From NCBI GenBank assembly GCA_030765585.1, contig JAVCCJ010000113.1, positions 1 through 50,837 on the forward strand: a stretch of DNA of 50,837 nt. Direction: 5' to 3'. The notes beneath the pieces were generated by a model. It saw nothing but the letters and a program-made list of their open reading frames with translations, was not told where the DNA came from and made no database searches. Source of the stretch: Candidatus Zapsychrus exili. Lineage in GTDB: Bacteria > Omnitrophota > Gorgyraeia > Zapsychrales > Zapsychraceae. The first letter of the stretch is position 1, and each line of letters opens with the position of its first letter. Below are positions 9,421-20,205 of the stretch, one piece after another. Position numbers and translations under genes: made by a program.

Positions 9421-11052
9421 ACTTCTTAAATGTCTACCAGACCCACCACCGCCACCAGATCTATGTATTACTTCAGAACAATCTCCTGCACAATAATCAC
9501 AAGGTTTAGGGGAACATTGAACTCCATTAAGCGCTCCGTCGTCACAAACCTCAAAACAAGGAGGCCCATCATCTAAATTACCATCTCCGCAATAAGGTGC
9601 TACAATCGTTTTTTCCGTACAATCAGAATCGCAATACGTACACTCTCCTCCACAAGGCATAGGACAAGCTTGCCCATTAGCTTCCCCGTCATCGCACTCC
9701 TCTTTACCTTCAGTAAATATACCATCACCACAATAAAGTTCCTCTACTGTTACTTCTTGGCAATCACTATCACAATATGTACAATCTGATAGCCACCCAG
9801 GAGTACATTCTTCTCCATTATCTAACCCTTCATCGCATTCTTCATCAGGAGGCTCTGTTAATCCATCTCCGCAAGAAAGAGAGCAATCGTCAGAACAACT
9901 ATTTCCATCTTCTTCAGGCAGGCCATAACAATCCCCATCTCCGCACCATTCTGTAAATGCCGCTGTATTGCACGATAATGAACAAAACGTGCATTCTTCC
10001 CCGTAAGATGCTGGAGTACAAGAAGGACTATTTTGATCTCCGAGATCGCACTCTTCACCCGTATCAATGTTTCCATCTCCGCAATAGCCTCCCTCTGTAA
10101 TTACACAAGTTCCCGCCCCATCACAGGTTCCGGTTCCTAAATTACACGGCGTGCCTGCATCTTCATCCCAATAAAAACATTGTTTATTTGGTTCAGCTGG
10201 TGGTGGTGGTTTTAAGCACAAATTTTGAGTACAATCATTTGAATCATCACAATCCGAAGGCACAAGACACTCTCCAATAAGTTCACAAGAATTACTAGTA
10301 CTACTCCATAAAAGCCCTTCTTCGCAAGCTGTCATTGAGACAACATTACCATACTCACCAGTAATACAACTGACACCTGCTTCACATATTCGCAATGCTA
10401 CCTTATAATCATATTTAATCTCAAAATCTATGTCTTCATCAAACAAGCCGCCTACAGCAGTAGTATGTATACCAGTACTTTCACCCAAAGCGGCTTGAGC
10501 TTCGGTTTGCTTAGTAATAGCATAACCATAATACCACCCAGGCGGAAGAACATCTAATTCTGGCTGATTCCAAGCCAATTCTATCCATCTTCCATTACCT
10601 GCTATAGCTGAAAGAGATATTATCGGAAGTTCCTCGCAATCACTCGGACAATTACTACTGTTCTCAACAGCATCGCAGGTGCCGTCTCCGCAACAAATAA
10701 CATCATCTAATGCTTTTTGAATTTCAGTGATATGTGATTCTTTCATCATAGTCATATTGGTGTCAACATAACCATAAGTGCCATTTAGCGGCGGCAACTC
10801 GTAAACTTCCAGAATAGCTTTTCTTAAATCCTCCATATGAGTCGCTCTTACAGGAGTTATGCCAGGAGCTAGTTCAGCGTCATTCCAAATATAAGCATCC
10901 AATTTACATTCAATACGCTTATCATTTATATCAGCTCTTAGCTTGTCTATTTTTGATACACTGAAATTAGTTGAAACAGCAAAGGCAGCGCAAGGAAAGA
11001 CCACTAGCATAATTAAAATTGCTATATATCTATATATCTTTTTATTTTTCAT
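9403..11052 (-). CDS. Secreted Cys-rich surface protein C, paralog
   Basis: Signal peptide, RATHMEDLR domain, FN3-like region, multiple CGDG repeats. Confidence 0.85.
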   Translation of the reverse strand: MKNKKIYRYIAILIMLVVFPCAAFAVSTNFSVSKIDKLRADINDKRIECKLDAYIWNDAELAPGITPVRATHMEDLRKAILEVYELPPLNGTYGYVDTNMTMMKESHITEIQKALDDVICCGDGTCDAVENSSNCPSDCEELPIISLSAIAGNGRWIELAWNQPELDVLPPGWYYGYAITKQTEAQAALGESTGIHTTAVGGLFDEDIDFEIKYDYKVALRICEAGVSCITGEYGNVVSMTACEEGLLWSSTSNSCELIGECLVPSDCDDSNDCTQNLCLKPPPPAEPNKQCFYWDEDAGTPCNLGTGTCDGAGTCVITEGGYCGDGNIDTGEECDLGDQNSPSCTPASYGEECTFCSLSCNTAAFTEWCGDGDCYGLPEEDGNSCSDDCSLSCGDGLTEPPDEECDEGLDNGEECTPGWLSDCTYCDSDCQEVTVEELYCGDGIFTEGKEECDDGEANGQACPMPCGGECTYCDSDCTEKTIVAPYCGDGNLDDGPPCFEVCDDGALNGVQCSPKPCDYCAGDCSEVIHRSGGGGGSGRHLRSKIPKL

Positions 11053-11114
11053 AACTACTTTTTAGCTTGCAACTAACCTTTCTCTTAACCTTATAATGTA
11101 ACTACTTTAAGAAA

Positions 11115-13271
11115 TCATTTTACAGTTGTGCATCGTCCGCTAAAACATTTCCCCCTCATTCTTCCTATCTTACAAGCGCTTCCATCTGATCTATCTAAAT
11201 TTCTACAATAAGATTCCGTAGTTCCAGGATAGACGCACATATCTATTGTGCATGGATTTGTATCTGCACATTCAGAATCACGGCTACATTTAATTGTACC
11301 TGTACCTCTGCTAGTTGTACTACAATCTTTGGAACAATTACTGCTAGTCTCAATCGGAATATTACAAGTGCCATCCCCACAAGAACCCCCAAAAACTTCT
11401 ATTTCAATACAACTTGTTGAACAATATGTGCACTCATCTCCATAAGGAGGATGACAATGGATTCCATTATACCTATCGTTATCACACTCTTCAGGAACTT
11501 GAACTATTCCATCTCCACAAACGGTAGCAGCACCACAATCATCGGGACAATTATAGCTAAACTCGTGCTCATCAGCATCGCAAATACCATCGCCACAATA
11601 AGGACCGACAATCTCTATTCTTGTGCAAGTATCTGAACAATAAGTACAAGTTACACCATAACTAGCATGACAAGGTATTCCATTGCGAGTGCCAGAATCG
11701 CATTACTCGCCATGATTTATAACATCATCCCCACAAACTGCCGCACAATCAGCAGAACATGTATTACTAGTTTCATTTCCTGAATTACAAGTTCCATCTC
11801 CACAATAAGAACCTGTTACTGTTTCTAGAGAACAGTTGCTACAATATTCACAACTTCCATCATAAGGCGGTACGCACGGAGATTCATTGCCATCGCATTC
11901 TTCGCCAGAGTCAATAGTTCCATTTCCACAAGTTTCTTGGCAATCAACAGAACATGTGCTACTATTCTCATCTTCATCATTACAAATACCGTCTCCGCAA
12001 TAAGGACCAATAACCTCTACTATTTTACAAGCAGACGAACAATATTCGCAAATTTTATCATAAGCAGGTTCACAAGCCGTTCCATTACTACGACCATTAT
12101 CACATTCTTCATCGTCATCAATAATATTATCATCATTGCAAGGCATGGATACCTCTATTATAGTACAAGTATCCGAACAATAGGTGCAAGTCCCTCCACT
12201 AGGATTGCAAGGCTTACCATTATTCCTGCCATTATCACATTCCTCAGGAACTTCAGATAGTCCATCACCACAAGAAGCAGTTGCACTTCCTGCACAATCT
12301 AAAGAACAGCCGTCAGATGTAGGGCAATTTTTGACACTATAATCTGAACATAACATTGAATAACCAGAAGCAGGTCTGCAATCGCATCCACAAGGCCCAT
12401 TGCAACCATATAAATCTTCATATGGAACAGTAAATGGAGAATTACAATTTGGGCATGAGCCTTCGTCGATATATCCAACACACTCGGTTTCGCATATAGA
12501 TTCGCAAGAATTACCATCCCATAAAAGCCCTTCTATACAAGCTGTGGCGGATACAACATTGCTCCAATCACTAACACTTTGATTACCTGAATCCAAATTT
12601 ATTTCCAGTCTTACCCTATAATAATATTTGACCCTATAACTTATGTCTGTATCACGCACGAGTGATCTTGTAGTAGAGATAGATGTTATAAGTGGAGAAA
12701 AGGTTGAAGAGTTCGATTTCTGAAGAACAAATATATACTTAAGTTCTTCGCTGTAAAATGCTGCTTTCCAAGCCAATTCTATCCATCTTCCGCCTCCTGC
12801 TATAGCTGCAAGAGTTTCTGGCACTTGAACTTCTATACAATCAGCGGCGCAATTGCTACTATTTTCAACAACGTCACAAGTGCCGTCTCCACAACAAGTA
12901 GCCCCATCTAAAGCAGTCTGAATTTCTTCAATATGCGACTCTTTCATCATAGTCATATTGACATCAGCATAACCATAAGTGCCGTTTAGAGGCGGTAGCT
13001 CATAAACTTCCACAATGGCTTCTCTTAAATCTTTCATATGAGTCGCTCTTACGGGAGTTATACCAGGGGCTAGTTCAGCGTCATTCCAAGTATAAGCGTC
13101 CAATTTACATTCAACACGCTTATCATTTATATCAGCTCTTAACTTGTCTATTTTTGATACACTAAAATTAGTTGTTTTAGCAAAGGCAAGATTTAGGTTT
13201 ATTGCAGATAAAATAACTATAACAAATAAAATACGAAATATGTTTAAGAAGGGTTTTTTAACAATATTCAT
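11115..13271 (-). pseudogene. Cys-rich surface protein D interrupted by one in-frame TAA (522 aa expressed; 718 aa if repaired)
   Basis: TAA at 11703-11705 in 'HGE*CD', where paralogous repeats have EECD. The same frame continues 195 codons of CGDG repeats to TGA at 11115. Confidence 0.85.
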
Positions 13272-13336
13272 ATTAAATACTCCTTATCTTGTGTCACAAT
13301 TAACAATTTACCTTATACTACAATTATACAACATTT

Positions 13337-15424
13337 TTATGATATTAACCGCTTTATATTAGGCAGTAAATCCCTTGTTGCGTCTTCTCCGCTCTTTACA
13401 ATTTCATCCACTCTGTTTAATTCATACCACTCTATACCTATCAAATCAGGGTGTATTAGAACATTTGCCTGCTTTGCACTCTTCTCTGCAATAAAATATT
13501 CAGTAGCTTGAAGTGTTTTCACTATAATATCAGATATACTTGGTGCAAATAAATTATCAAAAGGTTTGGCTACTTTGGCTTTAATATATCCTAACGGGGA
13601 CTCTTTAAAGGATACATTCTTTTTCTCTTCTCTACTATGTTTCAGTATATCAACGCCTTCTGCAACATCTTCTGGAGATTGCAAAACATTTACAGCTATT
13701 ATTTTTTTAACTCCGCGCTTAACTAAAACATCAACTGGCAAAGGGTTAACAACTCCTCCATCTATAACTAATTTTCCCTGTTTTCTTATAGGTTCTATTA
13801 CTCCTGGGATAGATATGCTTTCACGAACCGCATCTAAAATAGATCCGCTCTCATAAATAATATCCTCTCTTCTAGTTAAATCATATGCTATTACTTTAAG
13901 AGGTATTTTTGCGCTATAAAACGTTTTATCTCCCAAATATTTCTTAAGCCATTTTTTAATAGCCCGCCCACCTATAAAACCTGAAATAGGCATAACAGGA
14001 TCAAAAAGCTTAAGCATATTTTTCTTATCTTTAAATTCTACTGCTATTTTCTCTATTTCATCAGCACTTTTACCTGTTGACCAAAGAGCAGCTATGAGCG
14101 CACCCATGCTACTTCCAACAACAACATCAATAGGTATATCATTTTCCTCTAAAACCTTTAAAACGCCTATATGCGCAATGCCCAAAGCAGCCCCGCCACC
14201 TAATACAAGGCCAACTAAAACCTTGCCTATCTCTCTTGATATTCTTGTAACTTCCCTAGAATAATCACTTTTAGGAGAATTTTTTAAACAGGCAATATTC
14301 TCTGTATCTATTTTTCCTATTAAGTCAGAATCTCCAATATTGGGAAGCATTTTATAAACATCGTATCCAATAACCTTATTAATTTCCTCAAACGATAAAT
14401 AGAATTGATTACGAACAGACTTGATTAAAACACGCACCTTCTCTTGCCTAAAATTATTTTTTAGATGTTGCCTTAATTTATTTAAGACAGGCACTATTTG
14501 CTCTAAATCTTTTTTTCTGTCGCTCATAATTAAATGTATCAAATCAGATTGTATCAATGTCTCAAGAACAACATCATCCATATCATTTGGAAGATCAACT
14601 ATGACATAATGATAATCTCCAACTAAAGTACTTATGAGAGAATCTATTTCTCGTCTTAGAAAATCAGGAGACACGTCTTTTTGTTCAAAAGCTATATTTA
14701 ACATATCCATATCGAGTTCGTCTCTTACAATGCCCTCAGACATCTTTTCATAATCTTCTACTATTTCATTTAACCTAAGTCCGGGCTTCTTCCACTTAGG
14801 AGAAATATCGTAGGTTGGCTGAGAATTATCTAAAACAGTGCTTTCCTTTGAATATATACTTACAAAAATAACTTTTTTATTTGTCTCTTTTTTTAAACTT
14901 AAGGCAAGGTTAAACGCATAAGATGTACTTCCCGTACCCTTAACAGGACTATATACAGATATTATGTTACTTTCAAAATCTGCACCACGCCCCTTTACCT
15001 TTTTTCTTACCTGCTGAGAAAGAGTTAGGCTCAACTCAATTGCTAATTTTGGAAAGGATTTTAAGGCTTCCTTAAAATCATATTTGGGAATTTGTAATAT
15101 TAGAGAATTGTTTATTGCTTGATAATTTAATGAATGAGTTTCATCGGTCAAAACAGACACAACGCCGAAATACATTCCTCTATGTATAAAATCAATGTCC
15201 TCTTTTGCATCAAATTCGTTTAGCGTATAAGACCTTAATCTGCCAGAAATAATACAATAAAAGAAATCTGCAGGATCTCCCTCATTGCAAATTATATCTC
15301 CTTTTTTGTATTCAGATATAATGGATTTTAATGCAATCTTAAGTATTTGAAAGAAATTTAAAGAAGAGAAAACTTTTAAATGTTTTATATAGCTAATTTT
15401 ATTTACTAAAGATATATCGCTCAT
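13337..15424 (-). CDS. cNMP-binding + MinD/CpaE-like + patatin phospholipase fusion
   Basis: N-terminal cNMP domain (ICNEGD..D.FY.IISG, G.YFG); central 'ISVYSPVKGTGST..A.NLA..L...YHYVIVDLP'; patatin motifs GGGAALG, GSSMG and DGG. Confidence 0.9.
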   Translation of the reverse strand: MSDISLVNKISYIKHLKVFSSLNFFQILKIALKSIISEYKKGDIICNEGDPADFFYCIISGRLRSYTLNEFDAKEDIDFIHRGMYFGVVSVLTDETHSLNYQAINNSLILQIPKYDFKEALKSFPKLAIELSLTLSQQVRKKVKGRGADFESNIISVYSPVKGTGSTSYAFNLALSLKKETNKKVIFVSIYSKESTVLDNSQPTYDISPKWKKPGLRLNEIVEDYEKMSEGIVRDELDMDMLNIAFEQKDVSPDFLRREIDSLISTLVGDYHYVIVDLPNDMDDVVLETLIQSDLIHLIMSDRKKDLEQIVPVLNKLRQHLKNNFRQEKVRVLIKSVRNQFYLSFEEINKVIGYDVYKMLPNIGDSDLIGKIDTENIACLKNSPKSDYSREVTRISREIGKVLVGLVLGGGAALGIAHIGVLKVLEENDIPIDVVVGSSMGALIAALWSTGKSADEIEKIAVEFKDKKNMLKLFDPVMPISGFIGGRAIKKWLKKYLGDKTFYSAKIPLKVIAYDLTRREDIIYESGSILDAVRESISIPGVIEPIRKQGKLVIDGGVVNPLPVDVLVKRGVKKIIAVNVLQSPEDVAEGVDILKHSREEKKNVSFKESPLGYIKAKVAKPFDNLFAPSISDIIVKTLQATEYFIAEKSAKQANVLIHPDLIGIEWYELNRVDEIVKSGEDATRDLLPNIKRLIS

Positions 15425-15426
15425 AA

Positions 15427-16464
15427 TTATGCTTTGTTTTTTAAAAGTACCAATGTCTCTAGATGTCTTGTTTTAGGGAAGAAATCAAAAGGAATAATCT
15501 CTTTTATCTCCCACGTTACACTACATAAATCTGCCAAATCTCTTGCTAAAGCATCTGGATTGCAAGATAAATACATCATATAATCCAAATTCTTATGCGA
15601 CTCTAATGCATCTCTTACGCTCTGGCTTAAACCTGCACGCGGCGGATCAATCATCACAACATTTAAAGCACTGGCGTCAGAGTTCAAAATATTTTCCAAT
15701 CTATCTTCAACCCGCCCCTCTATAATATTAATATTATTAATATTATGATAATTTATATTATATCTGGCAAGCTTCAAAGAAGAAAGGCTTTCTTCTATTA
15801 ATATAACTTGCTTTACTTTATCTATTAATCCCAAACCAAACAACCCAACACCGCCATAAAGATCGTAAAAAGTAACGTCTTTCTTAAAAAAATCAAAAGC
15901 ACCAATAGTTTCAAATAATTTAGGCAATATAGAAAGATTTGCCTGAAAAAAGGTATCAAGAGAATAGAATATCTTTCTATTATTTATTTTAGTCCAAAAA
16001 TAATCCTCTTCTGCTAAGCGTGTGCTTCTCTTGCCTATCCCACCCCAAAATACACGACCATCATCTGATGTTCTAACGCAAATATTTGCTCTTCTGTATT
16101 TAGAATTATCTTTTAACTTTTCTACTATCTCTTTTTTTAATTGCGGAAATTCTTTAACAATTGCCTCATCTGCTATAAAACAATTATCAATAGTCAAAAT
16201 TCCTCTACCTGTACTAGGAGTAAACCCAACCAACACTCTATCATCTTTTGTTCGAATTAATTTAAGATCGAGTCTATGTCGATAATTATAAGGTTTCGGA
16301 GAGGCAACTGCTGGTTTAAAGACGCCTTCTTTTATATTAATTTCTTTCTTTAAAGTTGTCTTTAGCTTTTCTTCTTTTAACGCTAGTTCTTGTTTGTAGT
16401 CAATGTCCTGATAAAGACAGCCTCCGCATTCTCCGAATACAGGGCAAAGTGGCTTAACATTCAT
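15427..16464 (-). CDS. RNA (uracil-5)-methyltransferase, TrmA/RlmD family
   Basis: CPVFGECGGC Fe-S motif, FFQAN, DLYGGVG, DPPRAGL, YLSCNP, DFFPKTRHLE. Confidence 0.92.
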   Translation of the reverse strand: MNVKPLCPVFGECGGCLYQDIDYKQELALKEEKLKTTLKKEINIKEGVFKPAVASPKPYNYRHRLDLKLIRTKDDRVLVGFTPSTGRGILTIDNCFIADEAIVKEFPQLKKEIVEKLKDNSKYRRANICVRTSDDGRVFWGGIGKRSTRLAEEDYFWTKINNRKIFYSLDTFFQANLSILPKLFETIGAFDFFKKDVTFYDLYGGVGLFGLGLIDKVKQVILIEESLSSLKLARYNINYHNINNINIIEGRVEDRLENILNSDASALNVVMIDPPRAGLSQSVRDALESHKNLDYMMYLSCNPDALARDLADLCSVTWEIKEIIPFDFFPKTRHLETLVLLKNKA

Positions 16465-16486
16465 AAGTGTATTGCCTCATTTAAAA

Positions 16487-16540
16487 GTAGAGGCGCGGTA
16501 ACCGCGCCCTTTAGTTGGGCTAGAAAACCTAAGCCCCTAT
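16487..16540. repeat. Pair of GTAG-type REP-like hairpins (could also act as a terminator)
   Basis: GTAGAGGCGCGG-taa-CCGCGCC followed by an inverted GGGCTAG-aaaa-CCTAAGCCCCTAT. Confidence 0.6.
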
Positions 16541-16559
16541 ATTAATTTTATATAAATTT

Positions 16560-17120
16560 CTATTTTAAGATTCTAAAAGAACTTACCATTTTTTCTATAT
16601 TCTCAATATATTTATCATAATGCGTTTCTAATGAAGTGTAGACTACTTGATAGGCTGACGTCTTTTTTATCGTCCAAGCACACCTATACTTTAAATTAAC
16701 ATCTGGATTCTTACCTATAAATATATATTTATACCCATAAATCCCACCTAAACGTGCTGGTTTAGACTCGACTACATCAATAAACTTCCTAAACATAGCA
16801 TCCATCTGACCAATAGCTAAATCAGTGTACTCTTTTAAACCCATTGGTTTAAAAGAAATATCTTGAACAACTACACTAATACTTTCCCGAAACAAATCCA
16901 AATCATTTTCTAGAGGAGAATAAAAAGTAACTGCCGCCCCAAATACATTCTCTTTATATGACCAAGTCTTAGGATATTTAATAGAAAAGCCCTTTGACTC
17001 ATTTTTATAAGTCCTAAATGTTTTATCTTTAAATGCAAACCAGGCTGTGGTCGCCATTAGGCTTATGCCAACAATGGCTATAATTGCAAAGAACAATACT
17101 TGATTATTTTGTCTTTTCAT
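16560..17120 (-). CDS. PsbP/DcrB-like membrane-anchored protein
   Basis: N-terminal TM; 'TYKNESKGFSIKYPKTW' ... 'AYQVVYT...Y...IEKMVSSFRI'. Confidence 0.75.
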   Translation of the reverse strand: MKRQNNQVLFFAIIAIVGISLMATTAWFAFKDKTFRTYKNESKGFSIKYPKTWSYKENVFGAAVTFYSPLENDLDLFRESISVVVQDISFKPMGLKEYTDLAIGQMDAMFRKFIDVVESKPARLGGIYGYKYIFIGKNPDVNLKYRCAWTIKKTSAYQVVYTSLETHYDKYIENIEKMVSSFRILK

Positions 17121-17138
17121 ATATTCATATCCTTTTTC

Positions 17139-17924
17139 TTAATTGATTAAAACTCTTATAGCATCACCTTCATTTTCGAAAGTATTCTCAGATGAAAAAT
17201 CCTTAGCAGATTGTTTGTCTAATAAAAACAATAGCTCTCCATCTACCGGAGAAACTCTAGTTGCTGGTAAATCTTGCTTTTCTTCTAAGATCTTCTTTAC
17301 CATTCTAGCCTTATGAGCTCCCTTAATAAAGAATACTACACAATCTGCATTATTTATGACCGACATCGTTAAACTTACTCTATCTGTTTTTAAATACTCA
17401 GGATAAGTTGCAATAACCGCTACTTCTTGATTGTCAATTCCTTCTACTGTAGGAAATAATGACGCAATATGCCCATCGCTGCCAAGCCCAAGAAGAATAA
17501 AATTTATCTTAGGCAATTCATTTACAATTGGCAAAACATGCCTTAACTCCTCTTCATACGTTTGAGCTGCTAAAAAAGCATTCTCCTCTTCTGTATTAAT
17601 TGGATGCACATTCTGTGGCGGAATATTGACAAAATCAAGCAAGTTATCTTTTATAAGCTTTAGATTACTATCTTTACTATTTTTGGATACAAAGCGTTCG
17701 TCAGTCAGAAAAATATGTGTATTTTTCCATACAGAAAAATCCTTTATACCAGAAAGCTTACTATAAAACTCAACAACAGTGCTGCCGCCAGTTAAGGCAA
17801 CAAAAAATTTGCCATATTTTTCTATTGATTGATTTGCTACATCAAAGAATTTTTGTATTAAATGATTGGTGAGGGTATAGGTGTCTTCAAAAACAAGTAT
17901 TTTTTTATTTATGCCTAAAGACAT
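17139..17924 (-). CDS. pgl: 6-phosphogluconolactonase
   Basis: ALTGGST, DERFV...DSN, LLGLGSDGHIASLFP, RVSLT. Confidence 0.95.
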   Translation of the reverse strand: MSLGINKKILVFEDTYTLTNHLIQKFFDVANQSIEKYGKFFVALTGGSTVVEFYSKLSGIKDFSVWKNTHIFLTDERFVSKNSKDSNLKLIKDNLLDFVNIPPQNVHPINTEEENAFLAAQTYEEELRHVLPIVNELPKINFILLGLGSDGHIASLFPTVEGIDNQEVAVIATYPEYLKTDRVSLTMSVINNADCVVFFIKGAHKARMVKKILEEKQDLPATRVSPVDGELLFLLDKQSAKDFSSENTFENEGDAIRVLIN

Positions 17925-17926
17925 TT

Positions 17927-19069
17927 TTAACTTAGTTCTTTTAAGGAAAGTTGTTCTGATTTTTGTTTTATAGCGCTAAAAAGCGATTCAAAGGCTTCTT
18001 CAAACGACAAAACGCCAGCGGCAAGAAGATTAGCGCAAATACTATTTATATCAATATCAAAAGCTTTTAAATTCTTTATTACATTTTCTGCATCTTCTTT
18101 TAATGTAAACTTATCTCCTCCAACTTCTCCATGATCAAGAAAAGCCATAAAAGTTTTTTCTGGCAAAGTGTTTACAGTAGGCTTTGAAATGAGTTCTGTT
18201 ACATATTTTATGTCACTATATTCTGCGCTCTTTGTACTTGTAGATGCCCATAACACGCGTTGAATATTAGCTTTTTTATCCAGCAGAGCTTTAAAATCGT
18301 TACTATCAAATATTTCTTCAAATTTATTAAAAACAAGCGCACAATTTGATACAGCAGCTTTACCTTGCAAAGATTTCATTCTTGACTTTATATCGTCGTC
18401 TGCTTCTGCATTAATCTTTTCATCAAGTATTTTATCTATAGCGGAGTCTGTTCTACTTACAAAAACACTTGCAACCGAATGAACACCACTTAAATCATCT
18501 TGAGTTTCTGCTAGTCTAGTTAAGCCCTTTATGTATGCCTTAGCTGTATCGATATAATGCTGTAAAGAAAATATAAGTGTCGCATTTACATTTATTCCAC
18601 AAGAAATAAGTTCTTCAATGACAGGATAACCTTCTTTTGTTGCAGGGACTTTTATCATTAAATTAGGTCGACCAACTTTTTCAAATAATCTTTTTCCTTC
18701 TTTAATCGACTCGTCTACTTTATCAGAAAGTTGCGGGTTTATCTCAAGACTTACATATCCATCTTTTTTATTTGTACTTTCATATATTCCCAAAAAAGCG
18801 TCAGCAGCGTCTGCTATGTCTTTTACTGTAAGTTCATCATAAATTTCAAAAGTAGTTTTACCAGCTTCTTTTAATTCTATTATCTTTTTATCATAATCTT
18901 CACTCTTACTTATTGCGGCATTAAATATAGAAGGATTTGATGTTATGCCTAGCACACCTCGGACAATCATTTCATTTAGTTTTCCACTCTCAATCATAGA
19001 GCGGCTTATAGAATCAAGCCAAGCGCTTTGTCCATATTCTGATAATTTTTGTATAGAAGTTTCTGGCAT
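17927..19069 (-). CDS. tal: Transaldolase (long type)
   Basis: GQSAWLD, GITSNPSIF, GYVSLEINP, NLMIKVPAT, VASVFVSR, QRVLWASTS. Confidence 0.96.
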   Translation of the reverse strand: MPETSIQKLSEYGQSAWLDSISRSMIESGKLNEMIVRGVLGITSNPSIFNAAISKSEDYDKKIIELKEAGKTTFEIYDELTVKDIADAADAFLGIYESTNKKDGYVSLEINPQLSDKVDESIKEGKRLFEKVGRPNLMIKVPATKEGYPVIEELISCGINVNATLIFSLQHYIDTAKAYIKGLTRLAETQDDLSGVHSVASVFVSRTDSAIDKILDEKINAEADDDIKSRMKSLQGKAAVSNCALVFNKFEEIFDSNDFKALLDKKANIQRVLWASTSTKSAEYSDIKYVTELISKPTVNTLPEKTFMAFLDHGEVGGDKFTLKEDAENVIKNLKAFDIDINSICANLLAAGVLSFEEAFESLFSAIKQKSEQLSLKELS

Positions 19070-19084
19070 ATATGTCCTTTTAAT

Positions 19085-19231
19085 AAATTCTAAACTCTAA
19101 ATCCGAAATCCTAAATAAACCACAAGAAACAAAACTCAAACTTTTTGAATATATATTCTATAAATATTATTAACTTTTTATAATTTGAATTTTAAATTTG
19201 TTTAGAGTTTCGTGTTTAGTGCTTAAGGTTT
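19085..19231. repeat. Inverted pair of degenerate heptamer (AAAnnnn) tandem arrays
   Basis: Left arm aaattct/aaactct/aaatccg/aaatcct/aaataaa; reverse complement of the right arm aaacctt/aagcact/aaacacg/aaactct/aaacaaa. Confidence 0.7.
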
Positions 19232-19232
19232 T

Positions 19233-20180
19233 CTAAACCCCTGCTGCTCTTTCTATTACTTTCTTTGCAGCCTCCACGATGTTTACATCTTTTAGATTAA
19301 ACTTAGAAAGCAACTCTTCAGGGCTTCCGCTTTCTCCAAACGAATCATTTACCCCTATCATCTCAACAGGCACAGGACAATTTTTAACAAGCACTTCTGC
19401 AACCGCACTACCCAAACCAGCAGTTATCTGATGTTCTTCTGCTGTTACAATTGAACCTGTCTCTTTTGCACAAGCGATTATCATTTCCTCATCAATTGGC
19501 TTAATTGTATGCATATTTACAACCTTTGCTTCTATATCATCTTTAGCAAGTCTTTCGGCGGCTGCCATTGCTTCAGCAACCATAACGCCACAAGCTATTA
19601 TGGTAACGTCCTTACCTTCTCTTAATACATTAGCTTTTCCAATTATAAATTTATCATCTGCTTTTGTTAGCACAGGAAGTGGTGCGCGTGACGTGCTCAT
19701 ATACATAGGACCAATTTCTCTTGCAAAAGCACGCGTTGCTTTTCTTGCTTCAAAATCATCACAAGGACAAACTACTTTCATATTAGGCAATGCTCTCATT
19801 ATTGCAAAGTCTTCAAGGCATTGTGCTGATGCGCCATCTTGTCCAACGGTAACTCCACCATGAGAACAAATTACTTTTACATTACAATCATTATAGCAAA
19901 GGTCCAGTCTTAGCATGTCATATGCTCTATTAGTTAAGAATGCGGCGAAAGAATTAATGAACACAACAAACCCTTGCATGCTTAAGCCTGCTGCCATTCC
20001 AACCATATCTTGTTCAGCAATGCCTACACTAAAAAATCTATCTGGAAATTCTTTTTTAAAATATTCGGCCCTCGTTGCATCTTCAAGGTCAGCTGAGACT
20101 ACAACTATTTTGTCATTCTCGCGGCCTAACTCAACCAATTCTTTTCCGAAACCATCTCTCGTCGGTATTTTTTCACTCAT
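19233..20180 (-). CDS. tkt: Transketolase, C-terminal subunit
   Basis: TRDGFG, GIAEQDMVG.AAG, G.DGAS, TIKPID, TAEEH...GLGSAV. Confidence 0.95.
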   Translation of the reverse strand: MSEKIPTRDGFGKELVELGRENDKIVVVSADLEDATRAEYFKKEFPDRFFSVGIAEQDMVGMAAGLSMQGFVVFINSFAAFLTNRAYDMLRLDLCYNDCNVKVICSHGGVTVGQDGASAQCLEDFAIMRALPNMKVVCPCDDFEARKATRAFAREIGPMYMSTSRAPLPVLTKADDKFIIGKANVLREGKDVTIIACGVMVAEAMAAAERLAKDDIEAKVVNMHTIKPIDEEMIIACAKETGSIVTAEEHQITAGLGSAVAEVLVKNCPVPVEMIGVNDSFGESGSPEELLSKFNLKDVNIVEAAKKVIERAAGV

Positions 20181-20205
20181 TATTGTTCTCTTACCTTTCC
20201 TATTA

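Noticed and set aside
5724..13271. Diversity-generating retroelement TR/VR pairs among the near-identical blocks
   Set aside because: In the pair compared base by base (A and B C-termini) differences are not adenine-specific. Both copies are coding, and no reverse transcriptase is present in the window.
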